Shown piece by piece: positions 1 through 12,888 of a stretch of DNA of 64,000 bases. The stretch is from Phaeosaccion multiseriatum. Lineage: Eukaryota; Protista; Ochrophyta, other classes. Within the stretch, counting starts at the first letter, position 1. The number at the start of each line of letters is the position of its first letter. Under the pieces are notes generated by a model, which saw only the letters and a list, made by a program, of their open reading frames with translations, did no database searches and was not told the DNA's origin. The DNA lies in assembly GCA_965112735.1 (NCBI GenBank), contig OZ218961.1, positions 372,001 through 436,000 on the forward strand, read 5' to 3'. The position numbers and the translations under genes are program-made.

Positions 1-1538
1 GAAGGATGGTGGCCATTCGGCCGAAGTCCCTCGGCTCCAAACTCATATTCGCCATTTCGTCCTTGCAAAGCGCGTCATAGCCGGCGCTGAGGCAGCAAAC
101 GGGCACAGAGTAGAGAAATAGAGGCATATGGTCATTAGGGGTGTATGGGCGAAGAGCAGAGAATGGAGGTGTATGGGCACAGAGCAGACAATAGACGCAA
201 ATGATGGAGGCACACGGGCCATCTGGGCACATCGCAGACAATAGAGGCATACGCCCCTCCCTCTCTCTACCTCTACCTCCCGACACCCTTACCCCCCCCC
301 CGGCTCCCCACCTCCCTCCTCCCTCCCCTCCCCTCCCCTCCCCCACCTCACACACCTGACAATGAGTATGTCTGCATCGAACTCCTTGAGCCAGGGCACC
401 GCCTCCTGCTCGAACTTGGGGCCGTACACTGTCCACGTGTCGTCTCCGTAGTAGAAAGGAACGTTCTTGAGATTCTTCTTGGGCCCCACTTGCTCCTGTG
501 TGTAGGTGATTGTGTGTGTTTGAGTTTAAGTTGTATGGATCAGTGGCCGGCCTCGATCACTCGTCTCGAACCTATCGACATCAAATGTTCAGGAGTAACG
601 TATCCGATTGTGTGAATGAAATGATCGAAACGATGAGTCTAGAGGTGAGGTGGTTGGCCTTGTGTACACACTACACACACACGTACCTTCTCGCCCCCAG
701 GAGGGAAGATGCCTCCTTGGTGGAGTGAGCAGTACCGAATACGGTCATCTGCGGTTGGAGACGACGGAGAGAGAGAGAGAGGGAGGGAAGAAAGAGCAGG
801 AATGTATGGGGAGGGACGGAGGGAGGGAGAGAAAAAAACAGTGCGGAAGGAAGGGAGGGAGGGAGGGAGAGAGGGAGAGAATGGAGGGAAGGAAATAGCG
901 CGGTGGGCATTCTCTCGAGAGAGCGAGATTGCAATACAGAAACGAGCAACAAGCGCCGTCTGCCTCTCTCTCTGTGTCCCTCTCCCTTCTTCCTCTCTTC
1001 TCTCTGTCTGGTTCTCTCCCTGTCTACCTGTCCCTCTCTTCATCCCCCCACCCCCCTCACCGTCGCGAGAAAGAGACGCTATCCCATTCCCAAAGTGTAC
1101 GTCGAAATCTGTGCGCAGAGGGAAGGGGGGGGAGAGAGAAGGAAGAGAAAGGGAAACACCATTGTGTAATGAGCAACAAAGTGTATGACCATGCGTTGGT
1201 GGTCTCTTTTGCCTGCTCTTTGCAACAAAACTTTTTATACAAACGTTTGCCTGCTCTCTCACTCTCTTCTCTCCCTCTCACTACTCTTCTCTACTCTCTT
1301 ATCTCTCCTCTCAATCTCCATCACTATCTCTCCTCCCCTCCCCCATCCACTGCCATCCTCTTCCCTCCCCCCCCCTCTTTCTCTGTGCCCACATGCCTCC
1401 AACTGACTGCCTTGCACACGTTACACCCACTTGCCTAAGATGGCCACCCGGCGACAGTCCAAGTGGTCTGCGTGGGAGTGGGAGGAGAGGAGAGAGGGAA
1501 GAGGATGGCAGTGGATGGGGGAGGGGAGGAGAGATAGT

Positions 1539-1585
<47 letters not shown>

Positions 1586-3004
1586 GGACGGGTGGAGAGC
1601 AGGCGCTCCCTCTCTAGGCAGTGTCCCCTCTGACACTCTGACGCTCTCTCACCCACCGAGGCAGTAGAACGCGGCCGCTGCGCAGAAGTTGAAGATGCAA
1701 AAGCCCATGGCGGATCCCGCTACAGCGTGGTGCCCAGGGGGGCGTGTGAGGGCGAAGGAGGGCGTGCCTGAGTGAGGGAAGGAGGGAGGGAGGGAGGGAG
1801 GGAGGGAGGGAAGGAGGGAGGGAAGGAGGGAGGGAGGGAGGGAGTGGCGTGAGTGTGAGAGGAACGGAGGGAGTGAGGTGATGGAGGACGGAGGAAGGGA
1901 GGGAGGAGGAAGTGAGTGAGGGAGTGAGTGTAAATTCAAGTGAGGAGGTGAGTGTGTGAGGGAGTGAGTGAATGAATGAGTGAGTGAGTAAGTGAGTGAG
2001 TGAGTGCGTGGGTGAGTCGAGAGAGTGAGTGAGTGAGGGGGGGTGAGTGAGTGATTGAGTGAGTGAGTGGGTAAGTAAATGAGTGAGTGAGTGAGTGAGT
2101 GAGTGAGTGAGTGAGTGAGTGAGTGAGTGAGTGAGTGAGTGAGTGAGTGAGTGAGTGAGTAAGTAAATGAGTGAGGTACGCACCTGAGCGGGCGGTGTGC
2201 TCGACGGCCCCGAGCCAGGCCGACTGAGCCGCCACACACACCTCGAAGGTGTCCTTGTCCACTGAGCAGAGAGAGGGGGGGAAAGCAGGCACGGCAGTAA
2301 AGAGGGCACCGAGGGGGGGGGATGAATGGGTATACGCGTATTTCTTTCCCTCTCCGATTCTTTTCGCCTACTACACATGCTTAGATTGAATCATTTACAG
2401 AAGTCACACATCTCACCATATGTGTCCTCATCCACTCTCCCTCCTCCCCTGTTGCTCATGTCTCGCATTTCGCTTACGAAGTAGTCCCGATGGACCCTCG
2501 AGATGGCCTTCACGGCTCTGATGCACAATTACAAGTATGTACACGAATAGAGGAGGAGGAGGAGGAGGGAACTATCATCATCACCAGCAGCAGCAGCAGT
2601 AACACCAAAAGAAATATCCCACTCACTTGGTCTTCTCCTCCTCTGAGTTCAAACTCGGTGGCTTGGTAAACTCAATACCCTAAAGACGTTCCGATCCAAC
2701 GTGAGTTTTGGCGCAGGAAGTTAGGAGAGGACTAATATATGTAGTTTGAGCTCGCACACACGGGTCTCCTCAGCAGAATTACCTTGACATCTCGTAGGGC
2801 ATCTCTGATCGTCGTGACTCTCTCCGGACACTCCGGATGCCAACTGGTCGACACATGTTTGGTAAATAAGTCATCGTAAAAGACCTTGATGTTCTGCCCC
2901 GCTCCGGCACGGTTGCCTGTATTTCCTTGCTGCGGCGACAGAGAGAAGCCTTCCGCTGCTGGACTAAAGAGGAGGCAGAGCAGCAGCAGCAGCAGCGGCC
3001 CCAT
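1..3004 (-). CDS. Class II histone deacetylase-family protein (HDA14/HdaH-like), probably plastid-targeted; at least 10 exons, 3' end beyond the window
   Basis: Spliced exons give HPECPER, VDEDTY, RPPGHHA..GFC, RVAIL-DFDVHFGNG, SLHQ and SAGYDAL. The N-terminus [20 protein letters not shown] is a signal peptide with Phe at +1. Exons include 2783-3004, 1435-1467, 356-497 and 1-86. Confidence 0.93.
1321..1540. repeat. Perfect 47-bp inverted repeat (1321-1367 / 1494-1540) flanking the HDAC micro-exon
   Basis: tcactatctctcctcccctcccccatccactgccatcctcttccctc and its exact reverse complement. Confidence 0.95.
1770..2175. repeat. Intronic (GGGA)n/(GAGT)n microsatellite tract, representative of many in the window
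   Basis: Read directly; similar tracts at 6970-7165, 8500-8755, 22830-23150 and 44830-45015. Confidence 0.95.
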
Positions 3005-3223
3005 GAGCCCCCTTCGTTTCCCTGGATTTTTTTGTTTTTTTCGAAGGATCGCCTCTGAAGGTTTCCGCGTAGAAGCTGGAGATGGAACAGCCAAGCCACG
3101 GGGCGGCAAATTTCCAATTTCCATAGGGCCCCTATCAAACAAGGCAGATATATCAAAACTTTAGCTTCCTCCCTCCCCTCCCCAATATAACAGCACAGCT
3201 TGCAAAAGACGCCACATAGCACC
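3005..3223. promoter_or_regulatory. Short bidirectional promoter between HDAC and the DUF937-like gene; TATA-like aatataa at 3184-3190
   Basis: Head-to-head ATGs about 220 bp apart. Confidence 0.5.
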
Positions 3224-4082
3224 ATGGGGAAGAACAAGAAGATCATGAAGTTCTTCGTCAAGATGTTGGGCGGAGACAACGAAAAAGCCGTGCATAAGAT
3301 CGCGAGAGCCCTGCATATCTCGGACGCAGACGCACAAAAGGTTGGGAGCACTGACAGTGGAGACTCCGCGCTGGGTGTGGAATGAGTTTATGCAGTGCTC
3401 GCATGAGTAGTCTCTTGTCTGAGTTCTTCTCAAGCGAGTGTTGCTACTCAAAGGAAGGGGTGATGTGGCTTCCCTTTCCGAAGATAGAGTGGTCCCTGGC
3501 AGGCAAGGAGAGGGCCTCGCTGCCCTCACGGTCCGCCCCCCTGCCCCTTTCCACCCTCTGAACCTTTCAGCTCATCCCTCTTTCTCTCTTTTCTCCTCCC
3601 TCTTCTTTCCTTTCCTCTCACGCTCTCCCCTCGCTTCCTCAGGGTATCGCTTCTGTGTTGCCATCCCTCCTGGTGGGCATGAAGAAGAACGCCCACACCG
3701 AGGGGGGAGAGGAGGCCGCAATCAAGGCCGCTGTGAAGCACAAGGATGCCCTCGACAAGGATGATGACTTCGATGAGGAGGACGGAAAGAAGATTCTCGG
3801 TCACCTGGTGGGGAGTGAGGAAAAGACAAGGGGGGTGGCAGACCAGGCATCCAGGGAGACGGGGCTGAGCTCCGACTTGCTTTCGAAGCTCTTGCCCATG
3901 GCGGCGAGTATGTTGATGGGGGGCATGGGCAAGAGTCTGGTGGGGGGGCTCCTGGGTCAGCTGCTGGGCTCGGGAGGAGAACGGGGTGGGGATGGCAAGG
4001 GTGGACTGATCATGCTGTTGGACTTTGACCACGACGGCGACGTGAGCGACGACCTCATGGACATTGCCAAGAAGTTCTTCTA

Positions 4083-4083
<1 letters not shown>
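3224..4083 (+). CDS. DUF937 (YidB-like) family protein; exons 3224-3340 and 3643-4083
   Basis: A GT-AG intron joins the exons in frame. DGKKILGHLVG, ASRETGLS..LLPMAA and C-terminal LLDFDHDGDVSDDLMDIAKKFF match the bacterial DUF937 pattern. Confidence 0.8.
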
Positions 4084-4138
<55 letters not shown>

Positions 4139-5362
4139 GACTCTCTAGAGTCTCTCCCTCTCTCTCTTACCTCGGTCTGTCTGTCGGTCTGTCTGTCGGT
4201 CTGTCTCCGACTCGTCTGACTCATTGGCCCTCCTTGTCTTCCGAGAGGGAGGGAGGGAGAGAGAAAAAGTGCCGGATCCCTCTTGGGGGATCCATCATGT
4301 ATTTTGTAGCGAAGTACAAAAGCGGGACGAGGAGCGAGCGACTTTTCCGCGGGCACAAGCCTGGCGAAACCGCCTGTCACCAGCAGGAGCAGCAGCAGTA
4401 GTAGCAGTATAGTAGTAAGCCATCTGTCATTAGGGCAGCAGCAGTAGTAGTAGTAGTATAGCAATAAGCAAGCAGGGCAGTGAGGGCATCACATCGGCGG
4501 CCACAACGGCGAGCAGGCACTGGGAAGGTTTTGGACCCCAGTGCTGGTGAGAAAGAGGCAGGAAGGCGGGGGGGGGGAGAGACGGTATCGGGGGCACTGC
4601 AAGCATGAAACAGGTGTAACGCTTTTACCCACGTGTGCCATTGACTCCGGTGCGTGCGTGCGTGCGTGCGTGTGTGTGTGTGTCATGTAGTGCCGACTTG
4701 GCAGTATTGCCCTCTCGCCCCTTCAAGGCTGTGTGCACCTCAATGCCACAGCAAAACCACACGCATTGCTCAGGCAGTGTGAGGCCAGAGAGGGGTAAAT
4801 AGAAACGGTACTTACATTGGAAAATAAGAAGAAGAAAAAAACCACGGAAAAAGCGTGCCCTCCTCCTTGCACCTGCTCGGGCCCTGCCGCTCTCCGCCAC
4901 ACTTGAGTGGCATGCGTCCTTTGACTGCCATCCATCGCATTCTGGATGGTACTCTACAGAGAAAAGAGGAGGGAGGCACTGGATGAATCAGTACAGGGTA
5001 TCTCGCCCTCCTTTCTCTGGTCAGAGAGCAATGCTTCTATTTTCAGTTTATCATTGCACTTGTGACCCCCACCCCCTTCCCCTCCCCCGCCGCCCCCTAG
5101 ACCAAGCATTGGGCTCAGAGAATTGGGCGGGAAGGCCACACCTGGGGCTCATCACCCACTGCCACTCAAATTTCCCCTGTCTGCTGCACTGCACTTTGCT
5201 CTTGAAGTGCAAGGGAGAATAGAGGTAAGAGAGAGAGAGAGGGAGAGCCCAACCCAGCCCCCCTTCCCCCTTCCCCCTTCCCAAAGCAAGTCCAATACAT
5301 CGCTCCGGGCTTGCCACTGCTGCTGCAGCTGCCGCTGGTGCTGGTGCTGGTGCGGGTGCTTG

Positions 5363-5930
5363 TTACTGACCGCTGCTGCCGCTGGTGCTGGCCTTGGTTA
5401 CCTTTCCGCTGGCAGCTGTGGCCTTACTGCCACTCTTCGTCTTGCTCGTCTTCTTCTTCTTCTTGGTCGTCTTGTCGCTCTCAGTTGTGGTATCACCCTT
5501 CCTCTTCTTCTTCTTTCCCTTCTCCACCTTACTGCTCCCGCTTCCTTGCAGAGCGTGAAGGGACGCCGTGAGAGCTGAGTGGGAGAGGGCAGGCACGTCG
5601 GAGGGCAGTGCTGTTGGCACGCCCTCCTCCTCCCCCTCCTCGGCCATGTCATACGATGACAGGAGCGAGTTCGAGTCCTGTGGGGTCAAAGGGGCATTCA
5701 TTGCGTGTGTCAAGGGGGCTTGTGTAAGGGAGGGAGACAGAGAGAGAGAGAGGGAGGGAGGGACGGAGGGAGGGAGGGAAGACGATGGAAAAGAGGGGGA
5801 GAGAAGTAATGCGAAACTGCAACACGTGTTCCCCCATGCACGGCACACCTCCCCACCCCTCTCCACCCCTCCCCACACACACAGACACACCCACCCCTAA
5901 ACCCACACACCCGCATGCACGCACACACAG

Positions 5931-5967
<37 letters not shown>

Positions 5968-7660
5968 GTCACACACACACACACACTAACCTGCACAAAG
6001 TCGCGTGCTCTCTTCTCGTGCGTAAGGTAAAAGGAGATCATCTTACGAGTGATGTTCTTGTCCGCCTCAGACATGCCCGCTGTCCCTCCTCCTCCTCCTC
6101 CTCCTCCTCCTCCTCCTCCTGCCGAGAGCCGTGTCACCCTCTTGAGTAGCTGCTTCTGATAGGCTGCCCACAGCTTGACTAGGTCCTTAACGACGAGACT
6201 GAGGCAGTCACACGTGATATCGGAGTCCAAGTCGCCGGCAAGGGACGAGGAGTAAGCAGCCTGAGGGTGGGGAGTGGGGGTAGGAGTCAGGGTGGAGGGA
6301 GGGAGAGACGGAGAGAGAGCGAGAGAGAGAGAAGAGGAGCAAGAAGAGGGATTGAAAAGGAAGGACAGTGAGGGAATGGGAGAGAAGAGAGAGTAAGGCA
6401 AGAGAGGGAGGGAGAGAGGAATAGATGCAACACGGGGCGGGCATTGGTTTTGCTCCCCATGCACCGTTCAAAGAGCAGCACACACGAAGGACAGAGGGGT
6501 TGAAGCGCACGCACCCCCTCCCTCTCTCCCTCTCTCCCTCCCCTCCCCTCCACTTACCTTGATCAAGTCATGTGCGCTGCTCAGCGTGTCCAACGTCTCC
6601 GCCTCACGCGTTCCTGCAGCAAACGCCTCAGAGAACTCCGCAAAGTCCGGACTAAAGGCCCCCATCTTGGTAAAGACGAAGCGGGTATAGCTCTGCAACC
6701 AAGCGGCATAAGGGACGCCGGCATCGTCGAGAGAGCTCCGAGGGGCCCAGAGGTTGAAGTACTTTGAGCCGCTGCGCTCGTCGCCCTGTGTGTGGGGGGG
6801 TGGGGGTGGGGATGGGATGGCAGTAGATGGGGGGGGGGGGAGTTGGGATGGCAGTAGATTGGGGGAGTTGGGATGGCAGTAGATGGGGGGAAGGTGGGGT
6901 GCTACCATTGCATCCCTCTCTTCTGCCTCAACTATTGTATTCCCCTCACGTAGGCCTCTCCCGTTGGCCTCACTCACTCACTCACTCCCTCATCCACTCA
7001 CTCACTCACTCACTCACTCACTCACTCACTCACTCACTCACTCACTCACTCACTCATCCACTCCCTCAATCACCCACTCACTCACTCTGTCCCTCCCTCT
7101 CTCCATCCTCACTCACTCACTCACTCACTCAACACTCACTCACTCACTCACTTACTCACTTACTCTCACCTTCTCGCTCATGACAACAAACATGTCGTGC
7201 GTATATTCCCACGTCTCCTGAGGCACTTCACTCGCCAGCACATGCAGCAGGAGAAGGGCCTTGGCTTTCGTACGGTAGTCCTGAGGGTGGGACAAAGACA
7301 CGACAAGGAGGAGGAGGAGGAGGAGGAGGAGGAGGAGGAGGAGGAGGAGGAGGAGGAGGAGGAGGAGGAGAAAAGGCGGGGGGAAGATTAAGACAAGTAG
7401 GTAGGAGCAGAGTGCTTACATTCTACCTGTCCTTCCCTCCCTCCCTCATAGCCATCTTCGTAAATCCACAATAGGATGGCCCTTCGTCTGACAAATGATG
7501 TTGTTCCTAATTGTAAAAAAAAAAGGAAGGAAGATGGACACTCACCTGCTCCAGTATCCTCCTCCAAATCTTGTGCAGCAGTCGGTAGTAGGGCCCCTCC
7601 ATGTACTTGGCTTTGTAACGGCGGTCAAGGTACGCAGGGAAGCCCTTTGTTGCCTGCGTA

Positions 7661-7693
<33 letters not shown>

Positions 7694-9674
7694 CGGGATG
7701 GGGTGCGGTGCGGTGGGATGGATGGAGAAGTGAGAACTGAGTGGAGTGCTTAAGGCCACAAGAAACAAGAGGCAAAAGAAGCCCCATTTTCGCTCATCGG
7801 CACACACACACACCAGAGCGAGGGAGGAAGAGAGAGAGAGGGAGGGAGAGAGAGACAGACAGACAGACGGAGAGAGGGAGGAAGGAGACTACTTTTAAGC
7901 CACCCCCACGCGCAGCTCGTCCACCCACCTGCACAATGAAGTTAACGTGCTTCCTCTTGGCGGGAGAGTTGTCGGGCCTTGTTGCCTTCATCACCACCTT
8001 CTCCATGTCTCCGCTCACGGACAGCTTGAGTTCACGCACCACCTTCGTTGCCTTATGGCTGGCGCCGTGCATCTGATGGATCGGTTGGGCAGGCAAGCAT
8101 ATGGGCAGGCATATAGGTAGGCATGAGGGAGGGACAGAGGGAGGGACAGAGGGAGGGAGGGAGGGGGGGGGGGGGCAGGGGAAGAGGGACAAGGAGGAGG
8201 GGTTAGAGAACAGGGGAGAGGGAAGAGAGAAGGGGGAAGGAGAGGCACATTCCATTGACAGCATGGCCGAGGATGAGGAATCGATCAGGCGACCAGGAGG
8301 GGGAAGGATGGAACAGTAGCGGTCACAGCACTCGATACTTGTCAACCTCAATATCGACCTCGATATCTCTCGATCAGGAATACGAAGCAGTGGCAGCAGT
8401 GCGGCGTTGCTTGACTCTGAAGCAATAACTGCTACGGGATGCCGCCCCCCCCCCCCCTCGGTATAACAAGCCTCTACTGACTCACCCACTCACCCACTCA
8501 TCCGCTCGCTCCTTGACTCACTCACTCACTCATTCACTCACTCACTCACTCACTCATTCACTCACTGACTCACTCACTCACTCACCCACCCACTCACTCC
8601 CTCCCTCCCTCCCTCCCTCCCTCCCTCACTCCTTCACAAATCGCTCTGTGTTACAGTTCACTGATTCACTCACTCACCCACTATCCCATCCGCCAAATCA
8701 GGTGCTACTCACTCACCAATCCTTTCCCTCCCTCCCTCCCTCCTTCACTCACTCACCCGGTCCTTGACCTTCTCCTTGGACTTGTCGAGCGTCTCCTTAA
8801 TCTTGGCCGATGACATCTCCAAAGCCTCCAGCAGCTCGCGCTTTGTCTTCTTCCGCCGCGCCTTGCTCTTGGTTCCCTTCATTAGCTGCTTGAACTTCTT
8901 CTCGCTCACTACGCCTCTCCGGTCTCTCCCCCTACTCCCGCTGCCGCTCCTCCCTGCCGTCGCTCCTCGTGACGACGTCCTGGCCGAGCTCGATCTGCTG
9001 CTAAAGTACTCCTCCTCTTCGTCCTCCTCCTCGTCATCCTCATCGAAGGCGTCTTCATCGTCCTCGTAGTCTCCTTCGTCATCTTCGTCCCCCCAGTCGT
9101 CGTCGTCCTCGTCGTCGTCGTCCATCGTCGCTGCCGTCCTCCTGCCGCTGCCCCTTCTTCCTCCTCTGTGACTGCCTCGGCTATCCTCCACACTATCTTC
9201 TTCTTCCTCCTCGTCTCCCCAGTCGTCTTCGTCATCACCCCATCCATCTTCGTCATCGTCAAAGTAATCATCCTCCTCGTCTTCCTCGTCATCAAACTCC
9301 TCTTCCTCCTCCTCATCGTAGAATTCATCGTCCTCGTCCTCTTCGTCGGACTCATAGCTCCTTCTCCGGGAGCTAGATTGGCGCAATGCTTCGCCTCTGC
9401 TCCGCGCTCCCCCTCTCACCGCCCGACACGTGTGCATTGCTGAACTTCCGCCTCGTTCCACAACCACCTCCTCCTCCTCCCCGCCCCGCTCCTCCTCGAA
9501 CGACGGCTGTCTCTGATGTTGCCGCCTCCAGCGTCTGAGTACACTCACGTAGTAAGGCTGCAGCGGCTGTGCCTTTCCCGCATGCGACTGGCTGACCCAC
9601 AGGGAGGGAGCTCCCTTGATACTGTCGCCAGGACCCGCCAAGAGCAGCGTGAGGAAGGCTATCCTTCCCCCCAT
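5363..9674 (-). CDS. ANTH (AP180/PICALM-like) domain protein with a long acidic N-terminal extension; about 7 exons; start could be 9764
   Basis: KVVMKATRPDNSPAKRKHV, KAKALLLLHVL, WLQSYTRFV and CLSLVVKDLVKLW lie in in-frame spliced exons (8757-9674, 7928-8072, ~7546-7644, ~7169-7279, ~6558-6785, ~5990-6259, 5363-~5720). Confidence 0.72.
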
Positions 9675-10019
9675 CACTGCCCCCACCCGAGCTCCTCCTC
9701 CCCCCCCCCCGCCTGCTGCTATCCCTCCTGGCCTTTCTCCTCTTTTTTTTCTTTGTTCTACCATGTTCGATCTTGTCTTTGTTTTTGTCCAGGTCGGGGG
9801 AGGGGAGGGCAGGCTAATTTGGGGGCGTACGGGCCAAATTCCTTAGCTTGGACGAGGACGAGGATTGCTGCCCTTATTTTGGTCGAGGACTCACGTAGGT
9901 GAGCGCTATCAACGGGAGGATACCACGAGACGACAGTCGAGGCAGCAGCAGTGATGATGGGCGGACTTTGCGATCGCAATGTGTGAGGCGTAGGGAGACC
10001 AAGGAGAGAGAGCAGAGAC

Positions 10020-12848
10020 ATGTCGACTGCGCTGGGTAGAGGGCTTCTCCGGCGTCAAAGGCCGTCCTCCCGGCCCGGCTCCTCCCCCTCCTCGCTCTGC
10101 GGCTGCCGCTACTTCCAGCCATGGGCTGCGCTTGCTACTCCTGCTACCGCTCGGCCCACTGCGGCCTTTTCTTACTCCAGAACGGCGAGTAGCTGGAGCA
10201 GAAGCGCAAGTGGGCGTAGGGCTCTCACGCGCACAAGCAGTGGCAACGACATCGGGAGGAGAAGGAGCTTGGGTGGCGGCAAGGCATCAGCAGCTTTGGC
10301 ATCGGAGGGCAACGAAACTGCTTTAAGTGGAACCCCACGAGGAGGAGGACGACAGCGAGGGGGAGGAGGAGGAGAAGCAGACAAAGATGGAGAGCTGTGG
10401 CTGCACAACAGCAAGGGACAGGCCCCCTTTGTGCTCCCTTCCCCATCTAAGGCGGGCACTCTGACCTGGTACAGCTGCGGCCCGACTGTGTACGACAGCG
10501 CACACCTGGGCCACGCACGCACCTACGTGTCCTTGGACATAGTGCGACGAGTACTGGTGCGCTACTTTGGATACGATGTGTGCATGGCCATGGGGGTCAC
10601 AGGTACGATCATCAAGAAGAATAGTAGCGTTAGAGTGAGGGAAGAGAGCGAGAGAGAAGAGGGGGGGAGAAACAGTGAGATAGAGAGGAGAGATGTACGA
10701 GAGAGAGATTGAGAAGGACTATTATGGGGCTCACAGGTACGCGCTCATATCATCAACAAGGACAGAAGCCTCAGAGTGAGGGAAGAGAGAGAGATACGAC
10801 GCGTGGATGGGCATGGGGGTAACAAGTACGCGCCACGTGTCGCCAAGAAGCGCGGTTGCGTCACAGTGAGGGGGGAGGAAGAGGAGGGAGCGACCGAGAG
10901 ACAGGGATAGGCAGAGAGCGAGCGAGAGGAAGAAATTGGGAGGGAGAGAGAGAGAGGAGAACGGGCGACAGAGAGAGGGAGGAGCGACCCAGAGAGAGCG
11001 GGGGTGCCTGGAACTTTTCAACTCCCCCCCAAGTAAGGGAGGTCGACTGCACTTCTCTTTGGGACTGACTGACTGACTGACTGACTGACTGACTGACTGA
11101 CTGACTGCTGCAGGAAGCTGCTGGCTCGGACGAGAGAGACAAACGATGCAATGAATTAGAACCCCCCGTTTCTTGTCAGCTCACCCTGTCTTCTCGTACC
11201 CCCTCCTCCTTGCATGTACTCACTCGATGGCACTCAATGGATGGATGGATGGACGACTGGTGATGGACAGACATCGACGACAAGATCATTCAAAGAGGGG
11301 CGGAGAGGGGGTTGACGGAGTGGCCCCAACTCGCGGCCATGACGCGCCAATTGGAGGACGAGTTTATGACAGACATGCGCTCTCTGGGGGTGCTGCAGCC
11401 AGACGCGGTGAGCAGGGGAGGGAAGGATGGCAGTGGATGGGAGGATTGTGAGTGGCCAGACAGAGCGGGGGGAGGAAGATAATGATGTGGGCGAGGAGGA
11501 GGAAGAGGAGGGAGAGGGAGAGGAGGAAGGGCGAGGGCCCTCCTCTGGCCTTCCCATTCATTCCCTTCCTCTCGATGTCTCTCTCTTCCGTAAATTACCC
11601 TTTCTCCCCCCGCCTCTCCCTATCTTTTACCCACCGCCCCGCCCCAGTCCGCTCTCTCTCTCTCTTGACCCACCTTCCCTACCCTGTTGTCTATCTGCTC
11701 CTCTTGCCGGAACGTTGTACCAGCTCCTGAGGGTGACGGAGCATGTTCCGGACATCATCTCTTACGTGGAGAGGATATTGGCGCTGGGGAAGGCCTACGA
11801 GGCATCCGATGGCGTCTACTTTGATGTGGGAGGCCTCGAGAAGGAGAAGTACGGGAGGCTAGGTGAGCAGTGGGAGGGGGGAGGGGGGAGGGGGGAGGGA
11901 GAGAGGAGGGAGCAGGTGGTGGATGGGTAGGGGAAGGCGGAGAGAGGGACCAAAGAGGGATGTAGAGGTGTGGCGATGGTGACAGAAAGGGGTATAGCGG
12001 CCACGCCATTTCACACTCCACCTGTACCAACACTTTGTACCCGTTCTGTACATACATTCCGTACATTGCATTCTGTACATTTCATTCTGTATATTGTGTT
12101 CATTCTGACGCGCCGCAGGGATACACGGCAATGAGGTGGAGTTCCGCGGGTCTGACGAAGGAGAGGTCGCTGAGACGGGGGAAGGCGATGACAGCAGTAG
12201 CAGTAGTGGCAGTAGTAGCAGCAGCACTAGCGGTAGTAGTAGCAGTAGCTCCACTACCAGTCGCAGGAAGGGAGGCAAGCGGCACCACAGAGACTTTGCC
12301 CTGTGGAAGAGGACCAAAGAAGGGGAGCCTTGCTGGTCCTCGCCATTCGGCCCGGGTAGGCCCGGCTGGCACATTGAGTGCAGCGCAATGACTCACGCCC
12401 TCTTCGGGTCCAGCATGGACATTCATAGTGGAGGCATCGACTTGCTCTTCCCTCACCACACAAATGAGTGCGCCCAGTGTGAGGCATACAATGAGAGCGA
12501 GGAGTGGGTGGGCACGTGGGTGCACACGGGCCATTTGCACATTGACGGCCGCAAGATGAGCAAGAGCTTAAAGAACTTTATCACAGTAAGAGCGCACTTG
12601 AGACAGCAGGCGCGGCAGCGATACCTCGATGCCGCAGCTGCGGCTCCAACGCAGGAGGAGGGCGAAGAGGGTGGAGGTGGAGAACTTGGTGATACAGCAG
12701 GGGTGCAGGAGGCGACGGCGGCGGAAGAGTTGGCTGCGGAGGACTTTCGCATGTTCTGCTTGATGCACCGGTGAGTGGAGCCCGCCTCGATGGCCTCACC
12801 AGTATCAGTTTCAATGCTTCAGATTTGCCGGCCTGAAAGGAGGACAAC

Positions 12849-12888
<40 letters not shown>

